64,000 nt of DNA from NCBI RefSeq assembly GCF_009914755.1, contig NC_060929.1, one strand, 5' to 3'. This document shows positions 28,013 to 42,735 of this stretch, piece by piece. The position numbers were made by a program, and so were the translations under genes. Numbering within the stretch: position 1 is the stretch's first letter; every line of letters starts with the position of its first letter. This stretch comes from the human T2T-CHM13v2.0 reference genome, Homo sapiens. A model generated the notes under the pieces. It worked only from the letters and a program-made list of their open reading frames with translations, did not search any database and was not told the origin of the DNA.

Positions 28013-28367
28013 AGCAACATTGAGGGTCAGGATTATGTGGAGAATACAAGTAAATATTTTTCCTCAATTTCAGCATTAAAATATATGCTATGATAAAAAA
28101 AAATTTCAGGTATTAAGACCTTTGATAGTAAAAAAACAACTATGTAATAGAACATTTTAGTGAGGAAGTTACCAAAGAGGAAAGTTATCTGGACTCTATG
28201 GAACTGCAAAATTATGCTGCTGCAATGACTTATTATTTAGGTGAATGTGTCTTACATTCACTTGCATTATGCTTCGGTATTCTCAGCTTCCACAAGCACA
28301 TTTAATTGATATTAGGACCTATCCAGTGATTAGGATAGTCACTGTTAACTGAGAAATAACAAGGAAG

Positions 28368-29260
28368 TTTATTTATCAAGCATTTCTTATCCTCCACTAG
28401 GTAGACACGGAGTCTCACTAACAAGTAGGGGAGACAGTCTTATTAAGAAGTCTTTTATTGTCCTTTATGTGACAGCATCAATAAGAAGCACATATGAGGA
28501 TCATGGTGGAACAAAGGAGGGAGTTTCCAGATTTTTACAGGGCATCTACTACATGCTAGAGGAGCTGACGTGGAGTTTGGTCTTGAAGGAATACAAATTT
28601 GCTAGATGGAGACTTTCCAGGCCATGGGACAGAATGTACGAAGACCCAGAAGCATGATTAGGTTGGTGTGTTCTGGAATCTCCAACTATAGGGAGATGTA
28701 AGTAGAATAGTAGGCAATGAAGTTGGAGAGATAGGCAAAACCAGATTGCAGAATGGCTTGTGTGCTATGGGTATAGATTAGATTTTACCCATCAGGCCAT
28801 GGTGGGCCTTTGAATGGTGTTAATCTTGAATTAAATTTTAAAAAGGTCATTAGACAATGGAAGATAGGAGGAATATGGTAATGGAGAGTGAAGGATCAGA
28901 CTACCCAGGGAAGTATAGAGTGAGAGAAAAGTCAGAGATGGACTCTGGTAGTGTGTTGGTTAATATTGTGGGGACACATCCAGACCATACCAAGTAGGGA
29001 CACAGAATGGAGAGAAAGACAGTGAGATCCTTAAGAGTGGCAGCAGATGGAAAAAGCAACATGTCACAGAAGCCAAGGAAAGAGATCCTTCTTAGGGAAG
29101 CAGGAATGACAGGACAAATGAGATAAAAATTAAGATGGGAGGATCAGATTTCATAATGAAGGTATCTTTAGTGACCTTAGCAAGGGTAGTCTTGGTAGGT
29201 TAATGGGAGCAAGATCTGCCTGGAAGTTGTTTGAGAATGAATAAGTGAGAAAACAAACAC
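28368..29260 (-). mobile_element. L2 fragment
   Basis: tttatttatcaagcatttc start, ggtcttgaagga, gtgaccttagcaaggg; diverged. Confidence 0.55.
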
Positions 29261-31303
29261 AACCTAGAGTAGGCATGGAGCCAGCCCTGGTTCTCTTTGT
29301 TTGGGTGTTTTGTTTTTAGTCAACAGTAGAAGTTTGACTTTGTAGACTCTACTGAGAGAAAAGAGGCACAGGAACTAGACTATAGGCTATTGATGCAAGA
29401 GAACTGGATTTTGGTGAAACATTGCTTTAGACACATGAAGCAAAAGGGACGGGAAATAAGGAGGAAAGGGTGTGGCTGTAGGTAAGATTGTGGCTAATGT
29501 ATCAAATAGAGGGTATTTCCTCTGATACTGTGGGGAAAGTGCATGCTGAGAGAAAGGGGAACAATGGCGGCCCTCGAGGAAAACAACCCATGGTGGATGT
29601 GGGAATGATCACAAGGTGACTCTGAGGGGTCAGCTGAGCTTGAAGGCACAGGTGGGTGGTGGCCATAGGCCACCTGCAGCAGCCTGGATATCAGGTTCCA
29701 GATTGAGAGTTTACCTGGACAGGATCACCTAAAGGTAAAGGATGATGCTGCTGAGAATGGCAGTAGGATTATGGTTGAAGGAGTGAGACTCAATAGAGAG
29801 AACCAGCCTAGTTAGGGAAGTGAGCAGAGGAGTAGTGAAAAGGGCCTGAAAAAAAGAGAGTAGAGTGAGGTGCGAGGAGCAAGTGCATTGGGGAGAATGG
29901 AAGGAGGGCCAGTCCTAGAAGGAGGAGGCTTATTTGTAAGCAGTATATCGGAGTGATACATTGAGACTTGACATTTCTTTACCAGATAAATACCTTGGAA
30001 AGTATTTATCCTGAGTTTGTATTGTTGTCCAAAACATTATGGGGAATAACTTTATTGGAACTCAGCTGGGACTTTGCCACACAGCTTTTGACTATTTGGA
30101 GTCTTGGTGATTCTTAGCCCGTTTGGAAGTGGATTTGATTTTTGCACACTGCCGGGTCATTCAGGGTCAAGTTTGGTAAATAAAGTAGACAATCAAGCTG
30201 GATAATAACATTTTTGGTAAGAATGGAAATGTGGATTTAAAGAACAGTGCTATTTTATTTATGTGACTTGTAATAGTCCCTGATAGTAATTTCCAAAGGC
30301 AGCAATGACAGTATCTTTGGAATATATATAGCTTCTCAAAACAAAGGTCTTCCTAATACGTGGGACTCTCAGCATTGAAGCATGGCTGGCATCCCTGGCT
30401 TCTGGGCCCTAAGTGTCAGTATCCCTTGCAAGTCCTTGTGGCAGTCAGAAAAGCCATCACACATTTCCAAATGCTTCTGGTTGTCTCTAGACTGCCAGGG
30501 CCTGGAGGACTTGTTTACAGAGAGCCAGGGAAGAGAGGAAGATACTCTTTTCTGTCCCTTTTACTCTTTATCTATATATCTATTTATTTACTTTGCTTTC
30601 TCGCTGGTTTTTTCTTCTTAAAAAATTTTGTTTGTTTTCATTGATTGTGGTGTAAGGAATGACAGAAACAGGAGGAAAAAGGGAACTTTATTAAATAAAG
30701 ATTGAAAGTAAATGAATAATCCAAGGGAAGGCTATGGACGAATAGAAGAAAAGAGACAGAAAATAGAGTAGTCGTGGGGAAACTGGAAGAAATGTTTCTG
30801 CCACATTTGTCTGTGGTCTCTTGTGATTTTCTCTGAAGCCAAGAATAAGATTTCCTGTAAGAACGCTCATGTGTTGTTGCATTATAGGGTATAACTGATT
30901 GCAGAGGCACCCTAAATAGATTTCACTGAGAATATAGTTAGAATTGTGTAAGGCTTTAAATCCAGACTGAAAGAGGAAAACAACTTGTTATAAGGCGAGT
31001 CCATTTCGACTTCATCTGAGGGGGTTTTCATGACTGATAGGCTCAAGCCCCTGTTTTAAAATGATGATGTTTACGTGATTGTCCAGGAACTTTGAACTTC
31101 AAAACAGTTTTAGCTCCTGAGTACCAAGTTTTTAATTTAATTTGTACAAAATGAATACCAATACCCTTTACTAAAAATAGTATACCTGGCTAGCATTTAA
31201 AAGTTATAACCTTTAGCTTGCCATGATTGCTAAAAGTCATCTGTTGTGTGTTTTTAAAATCTGCACTAACACTTGTGGACCATTCATGCCATACTGAAGC
31301 TGA

Positions 31304-31744
<441 letters not shown>

Positions 31745-32517
31745 TAAGTTTGTTTCTTTTCCTGAGAACATAATTTACCATGTGGTATCTTCACAAGTAA
31801 GAAAAAAAAAATTTTAGACTTGAGACGTGTAGTGTCTCACTCTTAAAAATTTTGGATTTTCTGACAGGCTTCTTTGAAATGACTGTGACAAAGCTTTTCT
31901 GAAGATTTTTTCGTAGAGCAAATGCCTTCATGCTTGTGTGTTTTCTTTCTAATTTGATCAGTTTTCAGTAGAGGGCTGCCTTTATAATTTTGTGCCAAAA
32001 TTTGGAGACCTAGAAATTGTACAGGACACTTTTATTGGAAATGTGAGTTTAATGGTAATATTGAGTCATTTCTGTGCCTGATTGCTTATGAGCGTTGTTT
32101 GTTGTTGAGACAGAAATCCTGTCAAACAGTGTTGATGCAAAATGCCTGGGCTTTAGGGAATATCTTAAAGCGGTTTGTTGGTTTTAGTGCCTGTATATAA
32201 TAGTTTTCAAATGATTACTTGATAAGGAGGTTATGGGTATGCGTATTAGTTTGTACTGAACTTTCAACAATTAGTAAGAACAGGCAATGTGTATTTGTTT
32301 TAATGTCTGCAGCGCTCTGGTGGTCTAGACCTAGGCATATATTCTCAGATTTCAGGAGTGGCTCAGTGATCTTAATCAGTTATACGTTAATAATGTTAAC
32401 TTTGCCATTTAAGAAAAATAGACTTATGACATAAGCAGGAATAGTTGTCTCATAGTGGGCTACAGAGTACCCTCACATGACCTTGGTTAAGAAAATTCAA
32501 GTTGAAATTAACAGTAG

Positions 32518-32896
<379 letters not shown>

Positions 32897-32899
32897 GAA

Positions 32900-35230
32900 T
32901 ATTTTTTTTTTAAATTTGGCTTTTGAAAGTCAAGGTTATACACTCAGATAGTTCAAGGAAGAAAAACAGCTATATGAGAGTTGCTGGAAAAAAAAAAAAA
33001 AAAAGGGTAGTGAACCCTGACCACCCCCCAGCCCATTCCAGCTTTCCAGAAGCATTCACTTTAAATCTGTTTAGCCATTCTCTTGGTAACTGCTTTTTAT
33101 AGTTTTGTATTTTAAATACAAAAATAAATTGTATTTTAAATACAATTGCTTATGTTGCTGCATCTAGATTTTTTGTTGTTGTTTTGGAGCTATCTATTAA
33201 CTTTCTTCTGTGGAAGTCAGTTTTTTTTTTTTCCCCGTATATAAACATACCCCTTTCACAACTTCACTCCTCCCCAAAAAAGTGATTTTTATCTCCCTAT
33301 CTCCCAGTAAGATATATAAACCCTAAAATCTATATTCTATGTTTACATTGTTATTACTGTATAAACTGCATTTGTAGCTGAACAAGATAATATATCGTAA
33401 TCATTTTTCCTTTCCTGCACAATTTTTTTTTTTTTCTGGAAGAAATAGTTGCCTCATTTTTTATTTGCTTAGTTTTCTGTATACTTGTCACTAAATCATC
33501 TCTAAATTCTCTCACATTATATAAATACCTTTTACTCTTTTCAAATATATTAAGCAATTCATCAACTTCACCTTGAAGAAATGACTCTTGGAACATTCTG
33601 ACTTGCATCTCTATCATGTTGGGGACTTTCTTTGCCTTTTTTGTATGCTCAGTAGCCCCTTTCTTGAACCCCATTTCACCCTCTTTCTTCGTTCTTTATT
33701 TTGGTGGAATCTGTCTTCCAGTAGTTTTGAAGCAAAGGTAGTATATAAGAGAGATATTTTTGAGATCTTGCAGATATGGGAGTCTTTAGTCTTCTCTCAT
33801 GCTTAACTGGTAATCAGCTGGATATAAAACTCTAGATTGGAAATCACTTTACTTCAGAATATTGAAGTATCCATTTTCTTCTGGTATTCAGGGTCTAGCA
33901 GTCTGATGCCATGCTCCTTTTTTATTTATTTTGTTTCTGGAGGCTTCTAGTATTGGTATTCTAAAATTACACAAGGATGTAATTTAATGCATCCTTGTAA
34001 AATACAAGGATGTATTTTAATCCATGGTACTGGGAACTTGGTGGACCTGTTCAATCTCGAAATTCATGTCCTTCAATTTTTGGAGATTTTTCTGAATTCT
34101 TTAATGATTTTTGTTCCTATTTTCTGTTGTGTAGATAATGGCCCTCCTATATTATTCCCTAATTTTCTTATTCTTTGTTTATAGTTTTCCATTTGTTTTT
34201 GCTCTATATATGGAAGATAACCTCAAATTTATCTTTCACACTTTCTATTGGGATTTTACTTCTTCTGTATTGTGTATTAATTTCCAGTGTCTAATTTTTG
34301 ATCCCTGAATGCCTTTTTTTTAATAGCATCATGCTTTTCTTTCATAGAAACTTTTCTCTGGAGATGTTAATTATGGCTTTTTGAAATTTTTCTCTTTGCA
34401 TTTTGTTTCCCCAAAGATGCATTTTTCTTTTGTTTTGGCTTCTGTTTTAGGAGCTTTGCATACATACTTCAAATTTGTCAGCTGCAGGCTTTATTAAAGG
34501 GTGATTTGAGTGGGGGACATAGAACAGCAATTTCAATACCTTTACATATTTTGTGTCTTCTCTGACCATCTGACCAGTGCATCGGAAGTCTTTTCTGCTC
34601 TTCTGCCATGAAAGCAGAAGCCTGAGGTGACAGCGTCTTGGGAATTGAAACACAGGGCAAAGAAGAGGTCTCAACAGTTACTATGCAAGCATTTGCTTGT
34701 TCTCCTGGTATCAGTACAGTAGCTTGCTCTCTCCAGTGTCTGATGCCCTGCAGTAGGTCCACAGACCTTGTGTTGTACTGTCTCCAGATAATAGATTTTC
34801 AGACTTCTGCCAGGTTGCGAAAGAACAGTTAGTGTTTCTACAAAGCAGAAGAGGACATCTGTGTGTCTAACTGCCTCTATGCCTTTTTTGAACCTGTCCT
34901 CCCTTTCGAAACTCTATGGTTATCCCCACATGCAGAAGTACTGGTGCCAACAGTGCCTAAGTCATGGGTGAGGGGTTTGGTTCTCAGTGCATGTGCGGTT
35001 GCCTCTTGGTTTTTCACCACTGTTGCCACAGAATTCTGCATTCTCATGTCAGGTAAGTCAGTGGCCACCTGTCGACTGGCTTTCTAGCTTTTTTTTTTTT
35101 TTTAACTACTCTTCTGTCATTCATTCTTGTTGTCCTTATGGGTTTACATGCTTTTTTGCTGTCTGCTTGTTTTAGTATTATTTATAATCATTTTAAGGTT
35201 GTTAAGGGAAGGAGCTGAGGCCAGCATGTT
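32900..35230 (-). mobile_element. Degraded old L1M fragments
   Basis: Antisense L1M-like T-rich motifs such as ctggatataaaactctagattggaaatc and cagtctgatgcc; boundaries uncertain. Confidence 0.4.
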
Positions 35231-38196
35231 TGTTGAGCCCACCTGTTTATACCAGAAATTTGGTAGTGACTAGTTTTTAATATCATGTCTCTGAACGTTT
35301 TTTTAGAACTTCTCTGCGTAAATATGCCATTTGAGGGATTAACGTTTTCTTTTTAAGGAAAGGTAGACTCCTTATGGTAATGCTTTGTTTCCTAGCAATC
35401 ATGGTATTTACAGGCTTATGATATTTTCTGGAGCAGATGTACCTTATGATGGTTGAAGAATAAATATGGAAAACTCTAGTTGACATACCTATTTACTGTA
35501 TAAAGATAAGCCCTAATTAAAAATTATGCATAACAATGTAACAATGAGGGAAATAGCCAGGTCTGACAATATATACATCTCCATGGGTGGTCTCTAGTGC
35601 ATCTGCTTCCAAAGGCCAATTAAGAGAGCCTCAAAATTGTGTACATGCCATATATTTTCTTTTCAAAAATAGTTCATCTTAGCTGTTTTAACCCATTATC
35701 ACTAAATACAGAATGCCAAGGCAAGCTGTGCCACATTCGCTTAGCAGCCCCAAGTCTGTGTGTTTTTTAACATGCTCAGATTGTGAGGTGATGACCATTG
35801 CTGTTTTCATGTAAAGAGGCAATAAAAGGTGAAAACTGTTCATTTCATAGCAAGAATGAGAGTGTGTAGCCAGCAGGTACATAAAGGAAACAAATCTGTG
35901 ACAGTGTGGTGGGGAAGGGACAGAGGCCAAAACTCTGGATTGGGACACTGGGATTTAGTCTCAGTTGTGTAATTTAGGGGCTGAGTGACCTCAGGCCAAA
36001 CATCTCATGTCTTTTTGCCTTAGTTTATTCATTTGCCAACTAAATGGCTTGTTAAGACTTCTTCCCAACGTAACGTTTTATCATTACACAAATGTGTAAA
36101 AGAAAAAAAAATTATTAACCAGCATTGTGTTAATAGAAGATTTTCCACATTTGGTTTTTATTAAACTTCCCATTTTGCTGCACAAATTCTCCAGATTGTG
36201 GTTTGTAAGATACAAAGATAAAAAAAAATTGTTTTTCCGTAAATTTGCAATTTGGAACATGATGTCACCAGTATCTTACGCTTCCTTGATAATTATTTTC
36301 TGACCCTTTTTTTTCCCCTCTTATATGAAGTTTACAATACTAAATATAACACACAGCTTTTCTATTTATTTGGTTTAGGATTTGGATTTGAATGAATCCT
36401 ACCAGTTCCATCTTTGGTCCATCCAAGCATCCTCTCCATGTAAAAAGGGGAGATTCACATCTGATAGAAATTTTTATTTTTAGTTAATTAGATATCTAAA
36501 AAGAGACTTAGATTTTTGGACTTTTTTAAAAGGAAAGAGCTAGAGAAAAAGAGAAACAGCTTTCTAGAGAAGTTTGCATTAAAAACCTATTCCTGTCCTT
36601 CTAGGAGCACAAGATTCAGGATTTCTATAAGTTTCTAGAAATTGTTCTGTATTAATGGGGAGAGCATCCTATGGGAGGCATTTATTCCTTGTGGTATTAT
36701 TTTCCCTGGCATATCATGTGCCTCTGAAATTTTTTACCTGTAGGTAATAAAAATTCTCTCTCTCTCTCTCTCTCTTTTTGGTGAATGATAGGAGGAAGCA
36801 GAGAAGGAAGAATCTAGCATTATTTCTGTGGCCTACATTTGTTAATAAGCAGCTTCCCCAGACCAGACCACAGTAATCTACTCTTTCTCTGGTTATGGTT
36901 TGGCTTTGTGTTAAGGTAGGCATCAGTTCTAGGAAGAACACTGTCCTCTTAAGCAGCTGAGAAGTGTGGCCTAGTGCTGCTAAGCGATCTCATGTTCATG
37001 GGGTCCCAGGCCAAGGCATTTAATCACAATGTATTAGGAGAAATTTCAGGAACATTTATGTTTTAGAAGAAACCTGAAACTCAGAGCTTGGGGTCCTGAA
37101 GATTGGGAATTATCCAATCCTGACTTGTACCTTTTGAGACTTCTCTAGTTTTGTAAAGATAGCGTACGTAGGCAGCTATTCACCCCAAAGTGTGTTTTAC
37201 TGGGCACCGTTTCTGAGCAAGAATAGTAGCTATTTTGCAACAGGTAGAACTGGATATTGTGGGTCAGTGCTGTGTTACACAAAGAAAGGAGTTTTGTTTC
37301 TTTTTCACTGTAAGAGTTCTCAGAGCATTTAGTATATGTATATGCATTAGAAATCCTCAAGAGGGAAAAAGAGTATTTATTTGGCCATGCTTTCTGGGAA
37401 ACATACTTGACATATGACAATACTGAAGTTTTGGAGATAGAAAGAAATTGAACTTTTCTGCACAGTTTGGATTCAAAATAATGTTTCTGTGTTCAATGAA
37501 ATCTTTTCCTTTTTGACATAGGTTTGTAATGCTGTGTTAGGGGGCAAATTGGGGATGGAAAGGAAAAGAGAGAGCAAAGGTGAGTTAGGTATTTAGGTGG
37601 TAGTGTTCCCAAGCAGAAAAGCAAACATTGTGATAATATATAATAAATTGGAGATTCCAGGTAATGTTTGGAATGGAAAAGGGTCATTTGGTTAAAAAAG
37701 TGGCCAACTATTGTCCTTTCTTTTCCCATTATTTTATCTCTCAGGGCACTTAAATATGTATTAACTAGGTATCATTTGTTAAGGAACATTTTCTAAAAAT
37801 GACTTAACAATAATTTGCTCTTTTTGAAAGCAGACAAACTGGAGAAGCATAATGCAACTTTTGAATACCTTTGGATAATCTAAACTGCATTTTAGATGAA
37901 TAAAGAATAAATTCTTGTGATCACTGAAAACTGATAGATGAAAATAAATTAGGTATTTATTCTCAAATTAGCATAGAGAACCTGAGGAATAGAGACTTCA
38001 ATTTCAGTTGTGTTTAGAGTCTACTATTCAGTGTCTTAAAAGTATATTTTGTTCTTTCATTAGAATAATCCAGGTAGATTTCACTCTATTTTTTGTCACC
38101 CTGTCACTAATACTCTTCTATGTTGTATTATTTTGTTTTCGTTTTTAATTTCCTGGAAGATGATTTCTGAAATGCAGTTGAAACATAATTTATTAT

Positions 38197-38789
38197 TATA
38201 TAGTCTGTTAGAGAAGCACAACCAAGAGGATATAGATATAAATATATGAGAGGAGATTTATTAGAGGAATTGGCTCACAGGATTATGGAGACTGAGAAGT
38301 CCCAAGGAGAGGCCATCTGCAAGCTGGAGACAGGGTATGCTGGTATATGTGGCTCAGTCCAAGTCTAAAAGCCTCAGATCCAAGGAAGCCAGTGGTGCAA
38401 CTCTCAGTCCAAAGCTGAAGGCCTGTGAATCCAAAGAGATGCAGGTGCAAGTCCTAGAGTCCAAAGGCTGGAATGCCTGAAGTTCTGAGGCACAGGACAG
38501 GAGTCTGAAGTCTAAGGACAGGAGAGGAAGAATGTCCCAGCTCCAGGAGAGAGAGAGAGGGGGCGGGAGAGAGAGGAACTCACCTTTTCTCTACCTTTTT
38601 TGTCCTGTCCTAGCCCCCAGCCAGGATGGTGCTCACCCACGTTGAGGGTGGATCTTCCTCACTCAGTTCGCTGACTCACACACCAGTCTCCTTTGGAAAC
38701 ACCCTCACAGACACTCAGAAATAATGCTTTACCAGTTCTCTAGGTATTCCTTAATCTAGTTAAGTTGACACCTAAAATTAACCATCACA
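38197..38789 (-). mobile_element. MLT2B-type ERVL solo LTR
   Basis: ggaattggctcacaggattatggagactgagaagtccc...gttgacacctaaaattaaccatcaca (reverse complement of the MLT2 start TGTGATGGTTAATTTT). Confidence 0.88.
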
Positions 38790-40149
38790 TATGGTATATT
38801 GTGGAATATTACAGTCAAATCATGCCCCATAATAAAACTATATACAACATAAGTTTTATATAAAATAGCTGCTTTTAGCACAAGGATCAGTTATGTCTTC
38901 TGACATCAGTAGTATGAAGGAGTTGCTAAGGGAAAGCTCCTGTAGGATGAGAGAATATCTCATTTTGTAACTAGACAGATTTCTAGTCTCTTAGCACTAA
39001 TTTATAGAGGATATGAGATTTGGGGTCCCACTTTCTCTGTATCCCTATAGAGAATATGTAATTTGGGGTCCCACTTGCATATGGAATATGGGCATTGAAT
39101 ATAATCTTGTACATACTGATTTAAAATGAATACCCTTGTTCCTGAGCACCAATAAAACAAAAAATAGGATGGTAGTTGTTTACATCTAGTAAATTAATTT
39201 AGCATTGCAGTGGATGTCTTTTAATAACTTAATCTGTTCCTCTAACACCACATGTATTCATTACTTCTCTTTGTAGAACATGCTTTTAAATGAACTTTAA
39301 GATTCAATATGTGATCAACTCTGTATCTTAAATGATCTGGGTTCTAATTTTCAAGTTTTCCATTTCAAAACAGTTTCAGTGTTTTTTATCTGTTTATATA
39401 ACATAAGCCAGTTGTCATGGAGGAAGGGATGAATGGCATCTGAAAGTTTCACTTGTTCTATTTGTGTTTTTTTATTATTTACATAAGATGAATGTGAAAT
39501 AGGGAGCCACATATTAGAGTGCTAGCTCATTTTCCTGGTCTGCCAGCCATGATTTTATTTTGTATTTTCAGGAGAGTCACCCAGAGGCCTAGCCTACTCC
39601 TTTCCCAGCACTAGCCATTAGAGGTGCCTATTTCCTGATGATTTACTTAAATTTGAAACATGTTACTTGGGATCAAGTTTCTTTAATAGTTGTAAAAGTA
39701 GTCATAAAATATGCATTGCAGTGCTGGGAAAACATATCCACCTTGATTTATTACAGAATACTGGATAGTTATTGGATAATGAGATTATTTCCTACCACTT
39801 GAAGATTCAGCTGTTGCCAAGTAAACTCTAAGTATTTCATCAATGGATTTGTAATTTGTGGTTGATGGCAATGTAATACTTTGTAAACTTGTACTTCCAA
39901 GTTGGTCTGATTCATACATACAGATATAGCATTTTCAGGCTCATAAATGAGTCACAACTTTAAAATGGGCCCTTTCAAGTTATAAAAGTCGGCAGTTTGA
40001 AAGCATTCATCCTGCATCTGTGACTTGCAAAACATCAATGCTAAGTATAATGTTTGCCAAATAAATTGGTCATTAAAGTCTTTTATGGAAAGAAAAACCA
40101 GTACTCCCTCAAATTCAATTTTCTCTTCTTTCTTATGTAGATATGCTTC

Positions 40150-40473
<324 letters not shown>

Positions 40474-41693
40474 TTGTTTTTATTTTTTAACTCTTTTTGG
40501 TCTACCTCCTGAGAGAATAATGAGGAATAGTATTTGTTGGCAAGGGGCTTTGAGATCCTGGTTTAAAGAATGCAGATTGAAAATACCAGCACTGTTAAAT
40601 TCACGTAGAAAAAACATGAAAAGCTCAGCAGCTCAGGAATCCAACCTCAATGATCTCATAGCCAGTTCATTATGGTCCTCCTCATCCTGTCATCCATGCT
40701 GATGTACAGATTTCATGGAATAGAGGTCCTAAGTGTTTTCTGACTTTGAAAATCCCTGTAATTATCCATATATACATCAGCAGCATGCATGTGTGCACTC
40801 CTGGGTAGCATTCTCATGTAATTCAGCTTCAGAACCACTGTGCCAGATAAAAAGAAGGAACATAAAGTCTAAATGTAAACATGCTGACATTCAAGCCATT
40901 TTGTCTTTAAGGAAATTAATACATTTCTTAGACATAAATAGGGCTTGGTTGGAGAAAATGCAAGTGCTTCCTACTTCCTGCTGGATTTTCTGCATTGTAT
41001 TTTTTTTAATTTTATACTCTTTATTTTAAAATGTTTCCTTAATGTAAGATTGTATTAATACAATCATAGAAATGCAAGACAAAAGTGCCTTTACATGCCA
41101 TAAAAAAAGACATTTTATATCTTGCTGAGCTTCGATGGATCTGCCTTCTATTATAATGTTAAGCTTTTATAACCTTAGTCCATGTTAATGGACTTGCTTA
41201 CTATTATGAGAATTAAATGGGGAATGAGGTAGATTTTAGTATTGTATCCCCAAGCTGGTGTCAGGTAATAAAGCACCTACTGTCTTTCAAGGGAGCCTCT
41301 TGGCTTGAGTCTCTTAGGAGGGACTATGTGAACTGTTTCTCCGCTGCTTGCTGACTGGTAGAGCAATGTCTAGTCTATGGATGGTTCCTGAGGCTCTGCG
41401 GAGAGGGGCATCAGTCTGTCCCACCCTGATAGTTCCAATGCTGTTTTGTCTCTCATTCAAAATCCCATGAGTCAATAAATAGTCTGATCACTGTCAAATA
41501 ATTAAGGATACTAAAAAAGGCCCAGGCATCAGATATTTAAACCATAGTGTGGTGGTAAAGTCAAAGCCATTTTGGGTTTGTGGCCATTATTCAGTGACTG
41601 TTTGGTGAATAAATATTAGAATTTAAAAACTTTGTGTAGAATTTTACCATGATTTTTGGTTACAGTGTAAAAAGACAAAAGGATCTTTGTCAT

Positions 41694-42735
41694 TTTTTAA
41701 AACAACTTTATTGAGGTATAATTTACGCACCGTAAACTCCATCTATTTAAAGTGTACAAGCCAAGAATTTTAGGGGCTATGCAACCATCACTACAATCCA
41801 GTTTTAGAACAGTTCCATCACCCTCCAAAACTTTCATCATCTCCGTGCCCATTTGCAATAAATCCCTGCTCCCTCTTGCAGTCTTCCAGGTGACCACTAA
41901 TATACTATCTGTCTCCATAGATTTGCCTTTCTGAGGCTGTCATATAAATTGAATCAAATAATATATAGTCTTTTACATCCAGTCTTTTTTACTTAAAGAT
42001 TTTGATGTTTGCCTATGTTGTAGTATGTATTGAAGTTTGTTCCTTTTTATTGATGAATACTATTCTGTTGTAAGAATATGCCACAATTTGGTCACTCATT
42101 CACCAGTTGATCTACATTTAGTTTGTTTTCTGTTTTTGGCTACTAAGAATAGGGTTGCTTTGAACTTGTGCACACAATTCTCTGGATGAACTTGTTTTTC
42201 TCCTCTTAGGTAGCCATCTAAGAGTATATAATTTTACAAACCCACCAGCAATCGGCAATGTATGAAGGTTCCAGTTTTATCACATCCTTGACAACATTGT
42301 CAGTTGTGTGCGTGTGTGTGTGTATTATATATATTGTCATATCTGGATATGGGTATATAGCATTGCCAGTATGTCTGAATATACACATATGTGTATGTCT
42401 TAATGTGTGTATATAAACATACAGAAATATATGGTCTTAATATACGTTTATTTATAGTCTTATAACCATTCTAGTGAGTATAAAGTGGTATCTTATTGTG
42501 GTTGTAATTTGCAATCCTCTAATGACTAATAATGGTGAATATCTTTTAAGTGATCATTAGTTCTTTGTGTATCTTCTTTGGCAAAATGGCAATTCAAATT
42601 GCCCATTTTTAAACTGGGGCATTTGTCTTATTAAATTTTAAGAGTTCTTTGTATATTCTGGTTACTAGTATGTTATCAAATATATGATTTGCAAATATTT
42701 TCCATGGCTTGTGTTGTAATTTTCATTTTCATTGT
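41694..42735 (-). mobile_element. L1MB-type 3' fragment with an internal TG/TA low-complexity insert (~42305-42455)
   Basis: actttattgaggtataatt...tttaaagtgtaca...tgcaaccatcactacaatccagttttagaac. Confidence 0.75.

Noticed and set aside
30340-30490. Possible MER20-like DNA transposon fragment
   Set aside because: Only a partial motif match (ggcatccctggc...acatttccaaatg) with no clear TIRs or TSD; too weak to list as a feature.
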